From the NCBI GenBank assembly GCA_943788245.1, contig CALSPN010000012.1, forward strand, positions 28,552-92,551: a stretch of 64,000 bases of DNA. The letters are read 5' to 3'. Shown piece after piece: positions 10,015 to 22,366 of the stretch (positions within the stretch are counted from its first letter, which is position 1; each line of letters starts with the position of its first letter). The notes under the pieces were generated by a model, which saw nothing but the letters and a program-made list of their open reading frames with translations, was not told where the DNA came from and did no database searches. The position numbers and the translations under genes were made by a program. Origin of the DNA: an uncultured Verrucomicrobiae bacterium (lineage in GTDB: Bacteria; Verrucomicrobiota; Verrucomicrobiia; Limisphaerales; AAA164-E04).

Positions 10015-13000
10015 ATGTTCCCTAGAGTTACTAACTCCCTTTATAATTCGAAAATTTGAGCACGATGCCTGTGGTGTAGGCTTCGTTGCTAACACCAATG
10101 GAAAGAAAGAGCGTCGTATTCTTTGACTACGCTCTTGAAGCTCTATGTAACCTTGCACATCGAGGTGCGCTAGACGCCGACGCTAAAACTGGTGACGGTG
10201 CGGGTGTAATGATTCAGATTCCGCAGCCCATTTTTTCAGGCCGAGGCTGCAGTGGTCGCTGGCTTGGACTCTGTCACCGAGGCAGTCGCCGTTGGTTTTG
10301 TTTTCCTGCCATCAGACAGTGATCAGCAGGTTTCACAGGCAGTTGAGATACTGCAGAGCGCGACCGAGGAATTCGGTATGAAAGTCTTTGGTTGGCGGGA
10401 TGTGCCCGGTCAATCCGAAGTGTCTTGGGGACAAAGCCCGTTCTACGATGCCATTCATGAAACAGATCCTTGTGGGTAGAGGAGATGGATGGGACGACAA
10501 TAATTTTGAACGTCATTTGTTCCTGGCTCGTAAAGTCGCTGGGCAACGGGCTAGAGAAAAAGGAATTGAGGATTTTTACATTACCTCATTCTCCTCACAG
10601 ACCGTCGTCTACAAAGGTTTATTCAATGCCCCGCAATTAGGGCAGTATTACCAAGATTTGCAAAGTCCACTGTTTGAGACTTCACTGGCTGTTTTCCATC
10701 AGCGTTACAGCACAAACACTTTTCCTACCTGGCGCTTGGCTCATCCCTACAGAACGTTAGCTCACAACGGTGAAATCAACACTTTGCTAGGCAACAAAAA
10801 CTGGACCCGAGCGCGTGAGCAAGAAATCACTTCACCCATTTGGGGGGATAACATTGAGCATTTGAGACAGATCATTCAGCCCGAAAGTTCTGATTCAGCA
10901 GCATTGGACAATGCACTCGAGATCCTCCGCTTAAGTGGGCGTAACATATTGCACAGTGTTTTGATGCTTGCCCCCGAAGCATGGGAGAAAATGGATGACC
11001 TTGATCCCGAAATGAGAGCGTTCTATCGCTACCATGCCTGTTTGAACGAACCATGGGATGGTCCAGCGGCAGTCGTCTTCACCGATGGTCGCTATGTCGG
11101 TGCAACGCTTGATCGCAATGGCCTGCGTCCAGCGCGTTATAAACTGTATAAAGATGGACTCATTGTCTTTGGTAGCGAGGCTGGCATGGTTGAATTAGAC
11201 GATGCAGACATCCAGAACAAAGGACGCTTGGGACCCGGTAAAATCATGGCAATTGACACTCTGGAAGGTCGATTGATGGGGAATGACGAGGTGAAGCGGT
11301 CTGTGGCTTCTCAGCAACCATATGGTCAATGGTGCGATGAAAACATGGTTTATTTGCGTGACCATGCTAAGCCTATCCAGCCAGTTGAAAAAACCCATCA
11401 ATCTGTTGGATTTAACCTTGCAGCAGATCGCCTTTGGTTGGGATTCAGAAGAATTGAAGCTGATCTTCAAACCAATGATCACCACGGGGGGCCGAGGCCA
11501 TTGGCTCAATGGGAGACGATACGCCCTTGGCGATCTTGAGTAAGAAACCTCGATTACTTTACTCTTATTTCAAGCAATTGTTTGCCCAGGTAACAAATCC
11601 TGCCATCGATAGCATTCGGGAAAAGGTAGTGATGTCGCTCTCGACCTGCATGGGGCACCGTCGCTCATGGCTGGAGGAGTCCCCCAAGCATGCCAGTCTC
11701 TTGCGCATAGATACTCCTTTTCTACTGGAATACGAATTGGCGGCTCTGGCCAACATGGACCATCCGGATGTGAACGCACACACCATCGGTTGTCATTTTC
11801 CTGCTTCCGGCAATACACAAGCCTTAGTTGATAGCCTGCGTAGCGTGTGTCACCAAGCATCCGAAGTCGTGGAAAATGGCTGTTCTGTAATCATTCTCAG
11901 TGACCGCGGAACGAATGAAGAAAAAGTACCCATTCCCATGCTACTTGCTGTTGGGGCAGTGCATCATCATTTGATCAGGGAGGGCAAACGACTCAAAGCC
12001 TCCATAGTCTGTGAGACCGGAGAAGCTCGTGATGTCCATCATTTTGCTTGTTTAGTCGGATTTGGTGCCTCTGCTGTCAATCCTTACGTGGCCATAGATT
12101 TAATTCGTGAATGGGCTGAAGAAGGTGAATTGGAAGGTGTAGATATTGATCAAGCCATCGCCAATTACCGTACATCCATAGAAAACGGGATGCTCAAAAT
12201 CATGGCTAAAATGGGGATATCAACCATGAGCAGTTATCGTGGTGCCCAAGTCTTTGAAGCGGTTGGAATTTCCGATGAAGTGATAGATGAATGCTTCTAT
12301 GGAACCACCTCTCAGATTGGTGGAATTACCTTTGAGCATATTGCATCGGATGCAATTCGCCGTCATCAACAAGGCTTCGGAGACCCTGAATCGGCCACAC
12401 TCGACGAGGGGGGGCATTATAAAGTCCTTCCTGGTGAGCGCGGGGAATTCCATGCTTTCAACAAGAAAGTGGTGCAGACCATGCACAAATTCCTTCGAAG
12501 CGGTGAGCGCGATGCATTTTTGACTTATTTGGAAACGGCTGAGAAACGTGATCCAGTCAACCTGCGAGATCTCTTCCAGTTAAAGCCTGATATCACGCCC
12601 ATTTCGCTGGAACAGGTAGAACCCATCGATTCCATTCGAATGAGGTTCACAACTGCTGCAATGAGCATGGGAGCACTTTCGCCTGAAGCCCACGAATGCT
12701 TGGCCATTGCCATGAATCGTATTGGAGGTAAGTCTAATTCGGGAGAGGGGGGCGAAGATGCCGAGCGATTTAATTTACGAGAAAACGGCGACAACGCATC
12801 TTCAGCCATCAAACAGGTTGCTTCAGGTCGATTTGGGGTAACACCCGAATACCTTGCAAGCGCTCAAGAGATCGAAATCAAAGTTTCGCAGGGAGCAAAA
12901 CCCGGTGAAGGAGGGCAGTTACCTGGGCATAAAGTAACGCCGTTGATTGCAACCTTGCGGCACAGTACACCCCGGAGTTCCTTTGATTTCTCCGCCTCCT

Positions 13001-14537
13001 CATCATGATATCTACAGTATCGAAGATTTAGCCCAGTTGATATATGACCTGAAGCAGGTAAATCCACGAGCAAAGGTGTGTGTGAAACTTGTAGCTTGTG
13101 CGGGGCGTTGGCACTATCGCGGCGGGAGTAGCAAAGGCCTTTGCCGATGTGATTCTGATCAGTGGCAATGATGGCGGTACGGGTGCCTCACCTCAGAGCT
13201 CCATCAAAAATGCTGGAGTTCCCTTTGAGCTGGGGCTTGCGGAAGCGCAGCAAACATTGATGCTCAATGATCTTCGTTCAAGGGTTATCTTGAGGACGGA
13301 TGGAGGATTAAAGACCGGATCAGACATTGTCATGGGCGCGTTGCTTGGTGCCGAGGAGTTCAATTTCGGTACTGCAGCTTTAATTGCAGCTGGATGTGCC
13401 ATGTTCAGAGTGTGTCACCTGAATACTTGTCCTGTTGGAGTTGCGACGCAAAGAGACGATCTACGCCTTAAATTCCGCGGTAAACCAGAAAATGTGGTGG
13501 CCTTCTTTGACCAGGTAGCACAAGAGGTCCGCGAAATCATGGCTTCTCTGGGAATTCGTAAATTCAATGATCTGGTAGGTCGAACAGATTTTCTCGAAGT
13601 CCGCCCTGTAGATCAATTTGATGAGCGTATCCAGTCCAAGGCAGGATCTCTGAACCTTGAAAAGCTGCTGTGGCAAGCCGACGAATCTGGTTCCATGCCG
13701 CGCATTCACACGCGTGAACGCAACGAGCGGTTTGGAGATAGTCCGTTGGATGACCGTATTGTAAATGAACGCAAAGCATGCCCTCAAAGGTTTGGGCAGC
13801 ATGAAGTTGAAGTATAAAATCAACAATGTTTGTCGCAACATAGGAACACGTGTTTCAGGCATTATTGGATATACCTACGGAGACACAGGTCTTCCGGCAG
13901 GCTCGATTGATCTAACGCTCACAGGCAGTGCCGGACAGGGCTTTGGCACCTTCCTTGCCAAAGGCTTGATTCTAAGACTTCTGGGAGAAGCCAATGATTA
14001 TGTGGGCAAGGGGATGAATGGTGGAGACATCATCGTACGCCCGCAAGATGGAGTTCTCTTTGATTCCTCGCAGAATGTGATTCTTGGCAATACTTGTCTT
14101 TATGGTGCCACTGGTGGGCGTTTGTTTGCTGCAGGTACCGCTGGTGAACGTTTTTGTGTGCGTAACTCCGGCGCTGTTGCCGTCGTTGAGGGTGTAGGCG
14201 ATCACGGGTGTGAGTATATGACTGGAGGCAAAGCTGTTATTCTCGGTGATACAGGACGTAATTTTGCGGCTGGTATGAGCGGTGGTGTTGCCTATGTCCA
14301 TGACATAGAAAACCGGATTTCCAAAGAATCTGAACAGCTTCCATGGTGGATATTGAACGGCTCGAAAGTGCGGAAGAGATACACATGCTGAAATCCCTTG
14401 TTCAGGAGCATTTCGATCATACTGGATCATCCAAGGGTGCCGGTTTATTGCAGAACTGGGCAGAGGAAGTGTCTCGGTTCTGGAAAATCATACCTCATCC
14501 GCCAGAGGCGAAGCCCCGCCTCCAAGCCTGTGCATGA
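10015..14537 (+). pseudogene. gltB: Glutamate synthase (GOGAT) large subunit, reading frame broken at least 10 times
   Basis: ATG 10015 (MFPRVTNSLYNSK) plus ORF pieces 10086..10322, 10252..10479, 10388..11539, 11322..11543, 11509..13008, 12947..13171, 13098..13817, 13765..14391 and 14343..14537 concatenate colinearly into GltB. Amidotransferase domain: FEHDACGVGFVA, HRGALDADAKTGDGAG, FHQRYSTNTFPTW, LAHNGEINT. FMN domain: [57 protein letters not shown]. The C-terminal GXGXG domain is also present. No gltD follows. Confidence 0.9.
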
Positions 14538-14610
14538 ATTAAATCAGGAAAAAGCGATTCCAGCGCCTACAGGTAGTTTCTAAGGATTCGATCTCCAAAT
14601 GATATGAACA

Positions 14611-14639
14611 AAAAAGCGGATCAATGATCCGCTTTTTTA
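14611..14639 (+). terminator. Intrinsic terminator after gltB
   Basis: Stem GCGGATC (14616-14622) / GATCCGC (14626-14632) with a 3-nt loop, followed by T6 (14633-14638) and preceded by an A-tract. Confidence 0.75.
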
Positions 14640-14834
14640 TTTGTTCGAATGGAAAAAATTATCTCTAAAATGAATATCTTCTAAATGCTTCAGTCTAAGG
14701 TGTTAGATGGTGATGATTTTGGGTGTAACTTATTGGGGGTTTTACCATATGATCACTCGCTATCGGTGTTCAGGTGTGTTCTTGAAATGATTTTGGTTAG
14801 ATCTGGAACAATCTAGTGACTTCAAAACACGCCT

Positions 14835-14860
14835 CAGGGCCATCCGTCAGGGTGGCCCTG
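14835..14860 (-). terminator. Candidate stem-loop terminator downstream of the kinase-like gene
   Basis: 8-bp GC-rich stem CAGGGCCA / TGGCCCTG with a 10-nt loop, about 100 nt downstream of the minus-strand gene 14959..15840. On the minus strand it is followed by ..GTGTTTTG, a weak U-tract. Confidence 0.3.
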
Positions 14861-14958
14861 ATTCATTTGTTAATCGATACTTCGAAGAGCTGCTTTCAAA
14901 TGCTGCCTTGCTTGCCAAATGCCTTTGAATGAGTCTGACTTTGCTTTCATCCTTCGGC

Positions 14959-15840
14959 TCAAGATATCAAATCGCCCAGTTCCCAACTGATAGCTGGGAA
15001 AAGCGTTTGGAGTAACAACTCAATACGAATGAGTGGCGCAACCAGTCGCACGCGCACAGCCAGCAATGGATCTTTGCCTGGAACAGAATCCTGTTCATTG
15101 AGAAATGGTTCGAGGTACTCGTCTTTTGCAAGAAAATCAGGCTGCGAGAAGAAACGCGCAATCATGCAAGCGGGATCTCCCCAGCGAGCCTGATCGAAAT
15201 CACAAAAGCAAATACTGTGCTCGGGGGTAATGATGGTATTGTGAAACGTGAATTCTCCTGGCGTAATCCAGGCCATGTGATCTTTTAGACTAACATTCGG
15301 ATCAAGTCCTCCCGTGCTGCAAGCCGTCAGACAATGTTGAATGATTTGCTGCCACCCGGCATTTAATTCATCTTCCCAAAAGCTTACCAGGGGTTGCACT
15401 TCCCTCAACGAGTCAGGAATGCCTTGAAGAATGAAAGTGTTGATGGCATCCAGAAGGCTGGATACGGAGGATTCACGAAGGGGAATACCCCGGCAACTGC
15501 TTGGCTTCTTCAAGATCACGATTCTGGTTGATTCGAGCCAGAAACCCTCCACAGAAAATGGCACGCGCGTAGGTTGACCTCGTCGGAGCGAATGGCTCGT
15601 CCATGCAAGAGACTGATGACCGCTGAGTCGTTTATCCATATCCCATCCCAAAGCAAAGGGGTTATCATGAATATTTGCCGCCTTAAGGAATTGATAGAAA
15701 CGTTGCTCGGTTTGACAGGGGTCTGTCTCTTCTACCGAAACAGGAGGGTACCATTTAAGTGCATAATCGAGCCCTTCGTGATGCAATTTAAAAATACGTT
15801 TAAGAGCGCTGCCGGGCATGGGCGAGATTAAAGGGGCCAT
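14959..15840 (-). CDS. Phosphotransferase (APH/choline-kinase-like) family protein
   Basis: Intact 293-aa ORF with YALKWY (candidate nucleotide-binding Lys) and FHNTIITPEHSICFCDFDQARWGDPACMIARFF. The latter resembles the catalytic loop plus DFD/metal-binding segment of the aminoglycoside/choline kinase fold. Confidence 0.6.
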   Translation of the reverse strand: MAPLISPMPGSALKRIFKLHHEGLDYALKWYPPVSVEETDPCQTEQRFYQFLKAANIHDNPFALGWDMDKRLSGHQSLAWTSHSLRRGQPTRVPFSVEGFWLESTRIVILKKPSSCRGIPLRESSVSSLLDAINTFILQGIPDSLREVQPLVSFWEDELNAGWQQIIQHCLTACSTGGLDPNVSLKDHMAWITPGEFTFHNTIITPEHSICFCDFDQARWGDPACMIARFFSQPDFLAKDEYLEPFLNEQDSVPGKDPLLAVRVRLVAPLIRIELLLQTLFPAISWELGDLIS

Positions 15841-16288
15841 CGCCTATACTTAGTGAATTTAAAAGCGGTGAGGCAAGTTCTTGAATCGTTCTCGGGTCCA
15901 TTTGTTTCCAAGATGCGGTTCTCAATGGCACTCGTCAAGCAGCTACAAGGCGGAAATATCAGCAATATATTTTCACTTCGGTATGGGGCCGAACAGATAG
16001 TAGCAATTCACATGTTTGGATTCATTGTTTTGATGGGGTATGGGGATTACACTTTTTTAGAGTGATCTGATCAGTTGACTGGCTTGTTTTCACCTGGGCG
16101 ACTTCGAATCAAATTTTTCGTAATACCAATTGTTTTCCATTCATAAATTATGACATCAAACATGCAGGATCCTGATTACTGTGATTAAACAGTAAACCGT
16201 CTAATATTGATTCTTGCTGCATCAAACTACTTTATACTGGGTATATGATGAACGATGTTCCAAAATTTCCTCTTTGTGATAACAAATA

Positions 16289-16694
16289 ATGGAAATGACA
16301 TTTTCTAAATCCCAATCATTGTGCATTGATTGTGGCCTTTGTTGTGGTGGATTGGTTTTTGAGGATGTGGAACTTCGTGATGCAGAGGAAGCCTTGACGA
16401 TGGAATCCCTCGGTCTGGCGGTTGAAGAAGAGGAGGATGGTTTCTTTTTGGTTCAACCTTGTCGTGCTTTAAACGGTAACGCAATGTCGTGTTTACGAGC
16501 ATCGGCCTGAATGCTGTCGACGTTTCGAATGTCTGCTACTTAAAGATTATCAGCAAGGGACCAAATCAAAAGCTGAAGCTCTTGATTTAATCGAAGAAGT
16601 GCGGGATAAAATGAAGTCTGCAGACAAGGAACCTGCGAGACGAGTAATAAGAAAAACATTTTTTAGGCTGGCTGGACTGAGGCCTTTAATATGA
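16289..16694 (+). pseudogene. YkgJ-family cysteine-cluster protein (UPF0153), one frame break
   Basis: N-terminal CIDCGLCCGG and, after a +1 shift at AA 16483-16484, CRVYEHRPECCRRFEC. Together these form the YkgJ CxxCxxCC...C..Y..RP..C..F.C pattern. Confidence 0.7.
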
Positions 16695-16865
16695 TTTAGT
16701 TCAGGTGATGCGCCACTGCTTCCTGATTGAACTTTGCATGCTCTTGGGAATTGTTCTAGTATTCCTCAACCAATTCATCTCAGATCATGACTTTCTCACA
16801 ATATTCTCTAACGAACCGCCTGCAGCAACACAGGTGCATTTTATTTTTTTCATGCACCATGCTTT

Positions 16866-17641
16866 TTGCTTTTTGCCATTGAAATTTTGACAGCCGACAC
16901 TCAGGGAAAATTTGATCGTAGGCCCAAAAGCCTGGGGTCCGTGTTGGTTTTTTCCGGAACCGGTTGGTATAGACATCCTGAAGTTCCAGCCTTGAGCGGT
17001 TGGCTTGCGCGTTTGGATGAAGATCTGCAGATGCAGGTGGATGTATCGGAAAATCCGGCTGATCTTGTTAATGTCCTAAACAATTATCAGGTGCTGGTTC
17101 TCAATAATTGCACGGAAATGACGGCCTTATTCAATGAGAGTCAAAGAATGGCGGTTCAAAAATGGCATGCGTCTGGAGGGGTATCGTTGCCCTTCATGCT
17201 GCGTTAGTGCGTCAAACAAACTGGGAATGGTTCAATCAATTGGCGGGATGTGATTTTGACAGCGATTCTGAATATCTCGAGGCCCGAGTCATGGTCGATC
17301 CGGATGCGATGCAATCATCCATCCGTTCAAGGGCTATGGACCCCAGTTTGCCTATAAAGCTGATTGGACGAACCATGATCGATCGGTAACTGGGCTGCCG
17401 GGATTCCGGGTGATTACTCCGCGTGGATGAATCAACCTTTGAACCCGTTCGTGAATATTTCCAAAGCCGCGGCGGCAAAGGCCATGGGAAAGGATCACCC
17501 CATTGCCTGGTGCCACACCAATGGCGGAGGGACGTTTTTTCTACACGGAACTCGGCCATGATGTTCAGTTCACTCGAAACTGACCGTTTGGTAGGCAGCA
17601 CCTTCTCCGAAGCGATTCGCTGGGCTGCTGGCAATCGTTGA
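16866..17641 (+). pseudogene. ThuA-like (trehalose-utilisation domain) protein, several frame breaks
   Basis: Pieces 16866..17207, 17162..17389 and 17423..17641 plus unlisted short frames. Motifs: VLVFSGTGWYRHPE, YQVLVLNNCT, WHASGG/GIVALHAA, DHPIAWCHTNGGGTFFYTELGHD (read across frames) and EAIRWAAG. These are colinear with ThuA domain proteins. Confidence 0.65.
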
Positions 17642-18048
17642 ACGCATACACACAGTGAGTCACCCCAAGGTCTTGTGCTGTAATAATGGAATTAGCCTGG
17701 AGTGAAAGCTGTAACCCGTGATTTTGCGCAGCAATGTCATGATGCTCGGACAAACATAGCGTGGGTGAATTGGAGTTTGCATGAGTTCAATCACGCACTA
17801 GGTTGCTTTCATGGAATTCGTTTTCATGATTGCGATGAATTTGGCGTTTGTCCTGTCCAGAAATAGTGTTGTTTCTTGGGGGTCTTCATTCAGCCATTTT
17901 GCAGAGTATACACTTCTTAGCCATTGTGAATCCAATTATTTACGCATATGCTATTAGTCCTGTTTGCTGTCGATTGAGTCATTTCTGGTCTCAGGCTTTC
18001 GTTCTTGGGCAGGAAAATACAACTCAGCACTCAAGAGGCTCGCTCAAG

Positions 18049-20665
18049 ATGAGGGGCTCCTTGCTCTTTACAACTTTTGTGAGCCTGCTGGTCCTGCTGG
18101 TGCGGGACCAGTCGGGAAGCCGAGATTCCGACCCATCTGCGCATCCGGTCCATGCGAGGTGTTCGGAGGCTGGGCAACGCGATCTGAAGTTAACGGGGTT
18201 CGACTCGATTGCTTTCCGAGCGAGCCTCCGACGTCCCTGATTCAAGGCCATTCAAGATTCGGGCAGCTTCACGATCGAAGCTTGGATCACCCCGGCAAGC
18301 ACCCATTCTCAAGGGGCCCGCGCGCATTGTCACTTTATCGAGGAACGGCAGCGAACGGAACTTCACTTTAGGTCAAGATGGGGACGAAATACGACGTCCG
18401 CTGTCGCAGTAGTCAAACTGATAGAAACGGCCTGCCCTCCCTGTCTTCCGAACCAGACTCCCTCTCAACCGGCTTTAACGCATCTCGTGTTTCACTTTGG
18501 GAGCCTGATCATGTATCCCGCATCTTTATGTCAACGGTCGATTTGAACAGTGAAGGTACACGTTCCCGGAGTGCCTTGAGCGCCTGGAAGAACAACGTTC
18601 AACTGGCATTGGGCAACGAAGTTTCGGGCATGATCGGCAATGGAAAGGCACCTTTCATATGGTTGCTTTGTATGATCGGGATTTGTCAGAGAAGGAGATT
18701 ACTCGTCATTTCCAGGCGGGGGCGAATGCAGAGGATTCTGAAACTGCAAAATTGGTAAGCCCATCACCCAAAGCAGTCTTTTTTGAAGAGCACATTGCAC
18801 CGATGATTTCAGAGCATTGCCTGGAATGTCATGACACCCATAATCAAAAGGGGAAACTGGATCTTTCATGGAAAGAGGCTGCCTTCAAGGGAGGGAAGCA
18901 TGGAAAAGTTATTGTTCCTGGTAAACCGGAGGAAAGTGAATTTTGGTTATCTGTTCATCATGATGAAATGCCAGAGGAGCGCACCTTGTTAACGAGTGAA
19001 GAAAAGGCGTTAATCAAGCAATGGATTCAAGATGGCGCCACCTGGTCCCTTGATCACATCGATCCCGGTTCTTATACTCCCATCAAAGTCGGATGCTGCC
19101 TCCAACTGGGTGCGGACGATTGACTGTTGTCCGAATACATTCGAACAGTGAAGAACGCGGTCGGTGTCGACATCAGCTGAGGACGCTCACGATCCTCCTT
19201 CCTCGTTGATCTGCGTGCTGACGGCTTCAGTAACACCGCTTACAACCTCAATGTTGATCTGAAGCACGTCAATGCCTATGCCCAACTGGCCGAAAAAATT
19301 GTGCAGCGAATGGATGTCGCCTCCTTTGCTAGGAACGGTTTGTCAAGAACTCTCAAATTTACCGACAAGGAAATGGGGGCGTTGATTCAGAGTCCATGGG
19401 TAAGTGGATTCTCAGAGGGCCCAGTCAATGAACACGAGTTGTTTGCCTACCGAGGCATCACGACCTGCAGTCGCTGCTGCTGGGAGGAACTTATCATGAG
19501 GCCGTGGCATTGGTCATCGAAGCCATGTTGCAGTCGCCTCAGATTTATTTACCGTGTCGAAAATCATGTCGGAGATGGCACCGTGTGGCCTGTTGGTGAA
19601 CTCATGAGCTGGCCAACCGGATTAGCTTTATCCTCTGGGGATCGGCGCACCTGACGAAGGCTATTGATTCAGGCTGCTGATGAAGGAGTGCTGTATCAGT
19701 GACGAGCTATTAGACACAAGCAGGCCGGACGCATGCTTGCTGACGATAGAGCCCTTCAGCGGTCGCTTGAATTTGCCAGTGAATGGTTGAACCTCAGCCG
19801 GCTTGCCAACATGCAGCCCAATGCGGATCGATTTCCGGAGTGGGACTCCCGCGCTGGCTGCAAGACATGCGTGAAGGAATCTTTGGCTTTTTTCCGTGAA
19901 CTTGTATGGGAGCAGGGCAGGCCCTTTGAAGGACCTTTTCAACGCGCGGTTCACCTATGTCACCCCGCGCCTGGCGGCGCATTACGGTTTGCCTGCGCAC
20001 ATATGGTTGATTCCAGCCGATAACGGCTATTCAAAAAGTCAAGCTGACTCCCGAAACTAGACGGGCGGGGATATTGACGCAAGGTAGCAGTGTCCTCACG
20101 GTGGGAGGCGATGACGGGGCTTCCATGGTGGCGAGAGGGATTGTTCATGCTGCACGAAGTGCTCAGGGGTGTGGTCAAAGACCCTCCTCCATGCGTTGAC
20201 GTGGTTCCCGTTCCGACCGAAGCTGGCTTGACTCAGCGTGGCATTGCCATTCAGCGTATCGACAACGCCTTGTGCGGCGGTTGCCATAAAAAGTTCGAGC
20301 CATTGGCGTTTGGTTTGGAAAAGTTTGATGGCCTCGGTTCGTTTGCATCAGGCAGATGAGCACGGAAATAGTGTTGCGAGAGGATGGCCGCATTCGGATT
20401 CCGGGGCAACCCGAAGCGACGGAATATGAATACGTGCCTTCAGCTGGTTGATTTTCTGGCCGGTAATGAGCGCGTGCAGGAAACGGTCACATGGAAAGTG
20501 GTTCAATTCGCATTGGGGCGACCTTTAACAGCTTTTGATGCAAATGACGTTCAGCGCATTCATGCACAAATGCGCGCTAACGGAGGAACGTGGGATGCCT
20601 TGATCAAGGCGGTTGTTCTCAGTGATCTGGTAAGAAATATCAAAACGGAGATAATCAATGAATGA
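18049..20665 (+). pseudogene. LamG + planctomycete cytochrome c (PSCyt1) + DUF1587/1592/1595/1588/1585-type protein, heavily fragmented
   Basis: Signal-like MRGSLLFTTFVSLLVLL. LamG-like segments (FTIEAWITPA, RNFTLGQDGDE, VALYDRDLSEKEI). PSCyt1 motif FFEEHIAPMISEHCLECHDTHNQKGKLDL...PGKPEESEFW...MPE. Later pieces RAGILTQGSVLT, CGGCHKKFEPLAFGLEKFDGLG and ...NDVQRIHAQMRANGGTWDALIKAVVLSDL match the DUF1588/DUF1585 ends. The longest ORF is only 154 aa. Confidence 0.7.
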
Positions 20666-22085
20666 GCAAACAATAAGCCGACGAGCGGCCCTCAGAGGCT
20701 TGGGAACGATTAGCATCGGACTTCCTTTTCTGGAAGAAATGTGCGTGTCAAAGGTAATCTTGCCGCTCCTGAGAACCCTGTCCCTCTGAGGGCGTTTAAC
20801 CTTTTCTTCGGTTTGGGGATCCCTGCGCCTCTGCAAGCAGGAAGGGTTTGAGGGGGTGCTGGAACCTTTGAAGCCATTGAGTGACAAGCTGCTCATCATG
20901 CGTAGGGTGGACCAGGTGCGCTGTGATCAATCTGGGATCAATGCTCATTTCGACGGCGCCTCTGGTGCTTTCACGGCTGAACCTCCCCAAGGTGAAGCTA
21001 AGGCGGGTGGTCCATCCATTGATCAATTAGTGCGCAAACACCATTACCCAGACGGGCAACCCGCTGGTGTGGCTCCTACAGTTGTGGCTGGCACATTTTT
21101 CAGACGGAGCCGAGTCAGTCGCTATGTTCATAGTTACAACCAAGATGGAACCGTAGCTGCGACCATGCAAGAACGTCCGAAGGATCTGTTTGATCGACTG
21201 TTTGGTGCCATCGAATTTGGTGATTCAACCGATGCCCGCCAAATGCACTTGAAGCGCAGCGTATTGGATTCTGTTGTTGAACAATACAAATTTTACAAGG
21301 GGGGGCGTTCTCCTCTTGGTAAAACTTCACGCGCCAAAATTGCCGATCACCTGGATCGTATCCGTGAATTCGAGCAGCGCGCTTTCTCATTGGACAGCGA
21401 AACTGGAGAGGGGCCAAGGCGGCCAACACGCTCCGAAATCCTTCATGGTGGATTGGCTGACCCGGGAGGGGAGGGGATTGATATTAGTCTGGATGAGCTA
21501 ACCACTGAATGGCGCCTGATGGCGGATCTTTATGCCAGTGGGATTCAGATGGACAAAGTCCGCTTCGGTGCATTGACTTTTTTGGCAGCAGGTGAGCGTA
21601 TTCGATTGACGGGAGATTATCTTTATAATGGTGAAAAACGATACACGTTTGATGATTCCAGACGATTGAAAGCGGGAGGTTCGCAAGGGTGCAGTCATGA
21701 ATGGTGGCATCAATTCAATGAACGTAAATCCAACGAAGCATTACGCGCACACGCACACATGAAAATGCGGGAATTGGCCTATTTTCTTGGTCGTCTTGAT
21801 GAGCAAGGCACGATTGAAGCGAACGGGAAAACCATTCTCGATAATGCGTTGATTACCATTTCCACAGAATCTGGCGATGGGCGCCACAATGATGTGAAGC
21901 GCGAATTGTCTGGTGTTTTTCACGCGATGAGTGGAGCGAATGGACGGTTCAAGACCGGACAAATCCTTGACCTGAAATCTGAAGGTCTGGATGTTTACAA
22001 TACCATTCTAGATGGCATGGGAGTCGCCCAGGAAATGGGTCCGGTGGATCGCGATCACAAGCCTGTCGATGCCATCAGAGCCTAG
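20658..22085 (+). pseudogene. DUF1552 domain protein with twin-arginine signal, two frame breaks near the 5' end
   Basis: ATG 20658 overlaps the stop of the upstream gene. It starts MNEQTISRRAALRGLGTISIGLPFLEEM (Tat-like). The frame changes near 20750 and near 20850, then a 409-aa ORF 20856..22085 follows. This is the usual partner of DUF1592-type genes in PVC genomes. Confidence 0.8.
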
Positions 22086-22366
22086 GACCTGAAGCAAACA
22101 AACCAATCAGCTGCATGATCCGTGTTCCGAATGCAGGCACATCATGTCAGCCTAACGAACCTTCGGATGCATGGGGCTAGTCGATCAGAGGCCCTTCAAC
22201 AGCGCTTAAAGCCTCATTGGCATGGTTGCCTGCTGGGACACCAAAGGGAACAAAGCTTTGGTTACACTTGTCTAGCCAGAATGTCCATCGTTAGTAAGTG
22301 TCGATGTTTCAATGATTGTAAGCTTGTAAACAGATCCTTTTTTTGGCACTGACTGGCCTTCAATCA

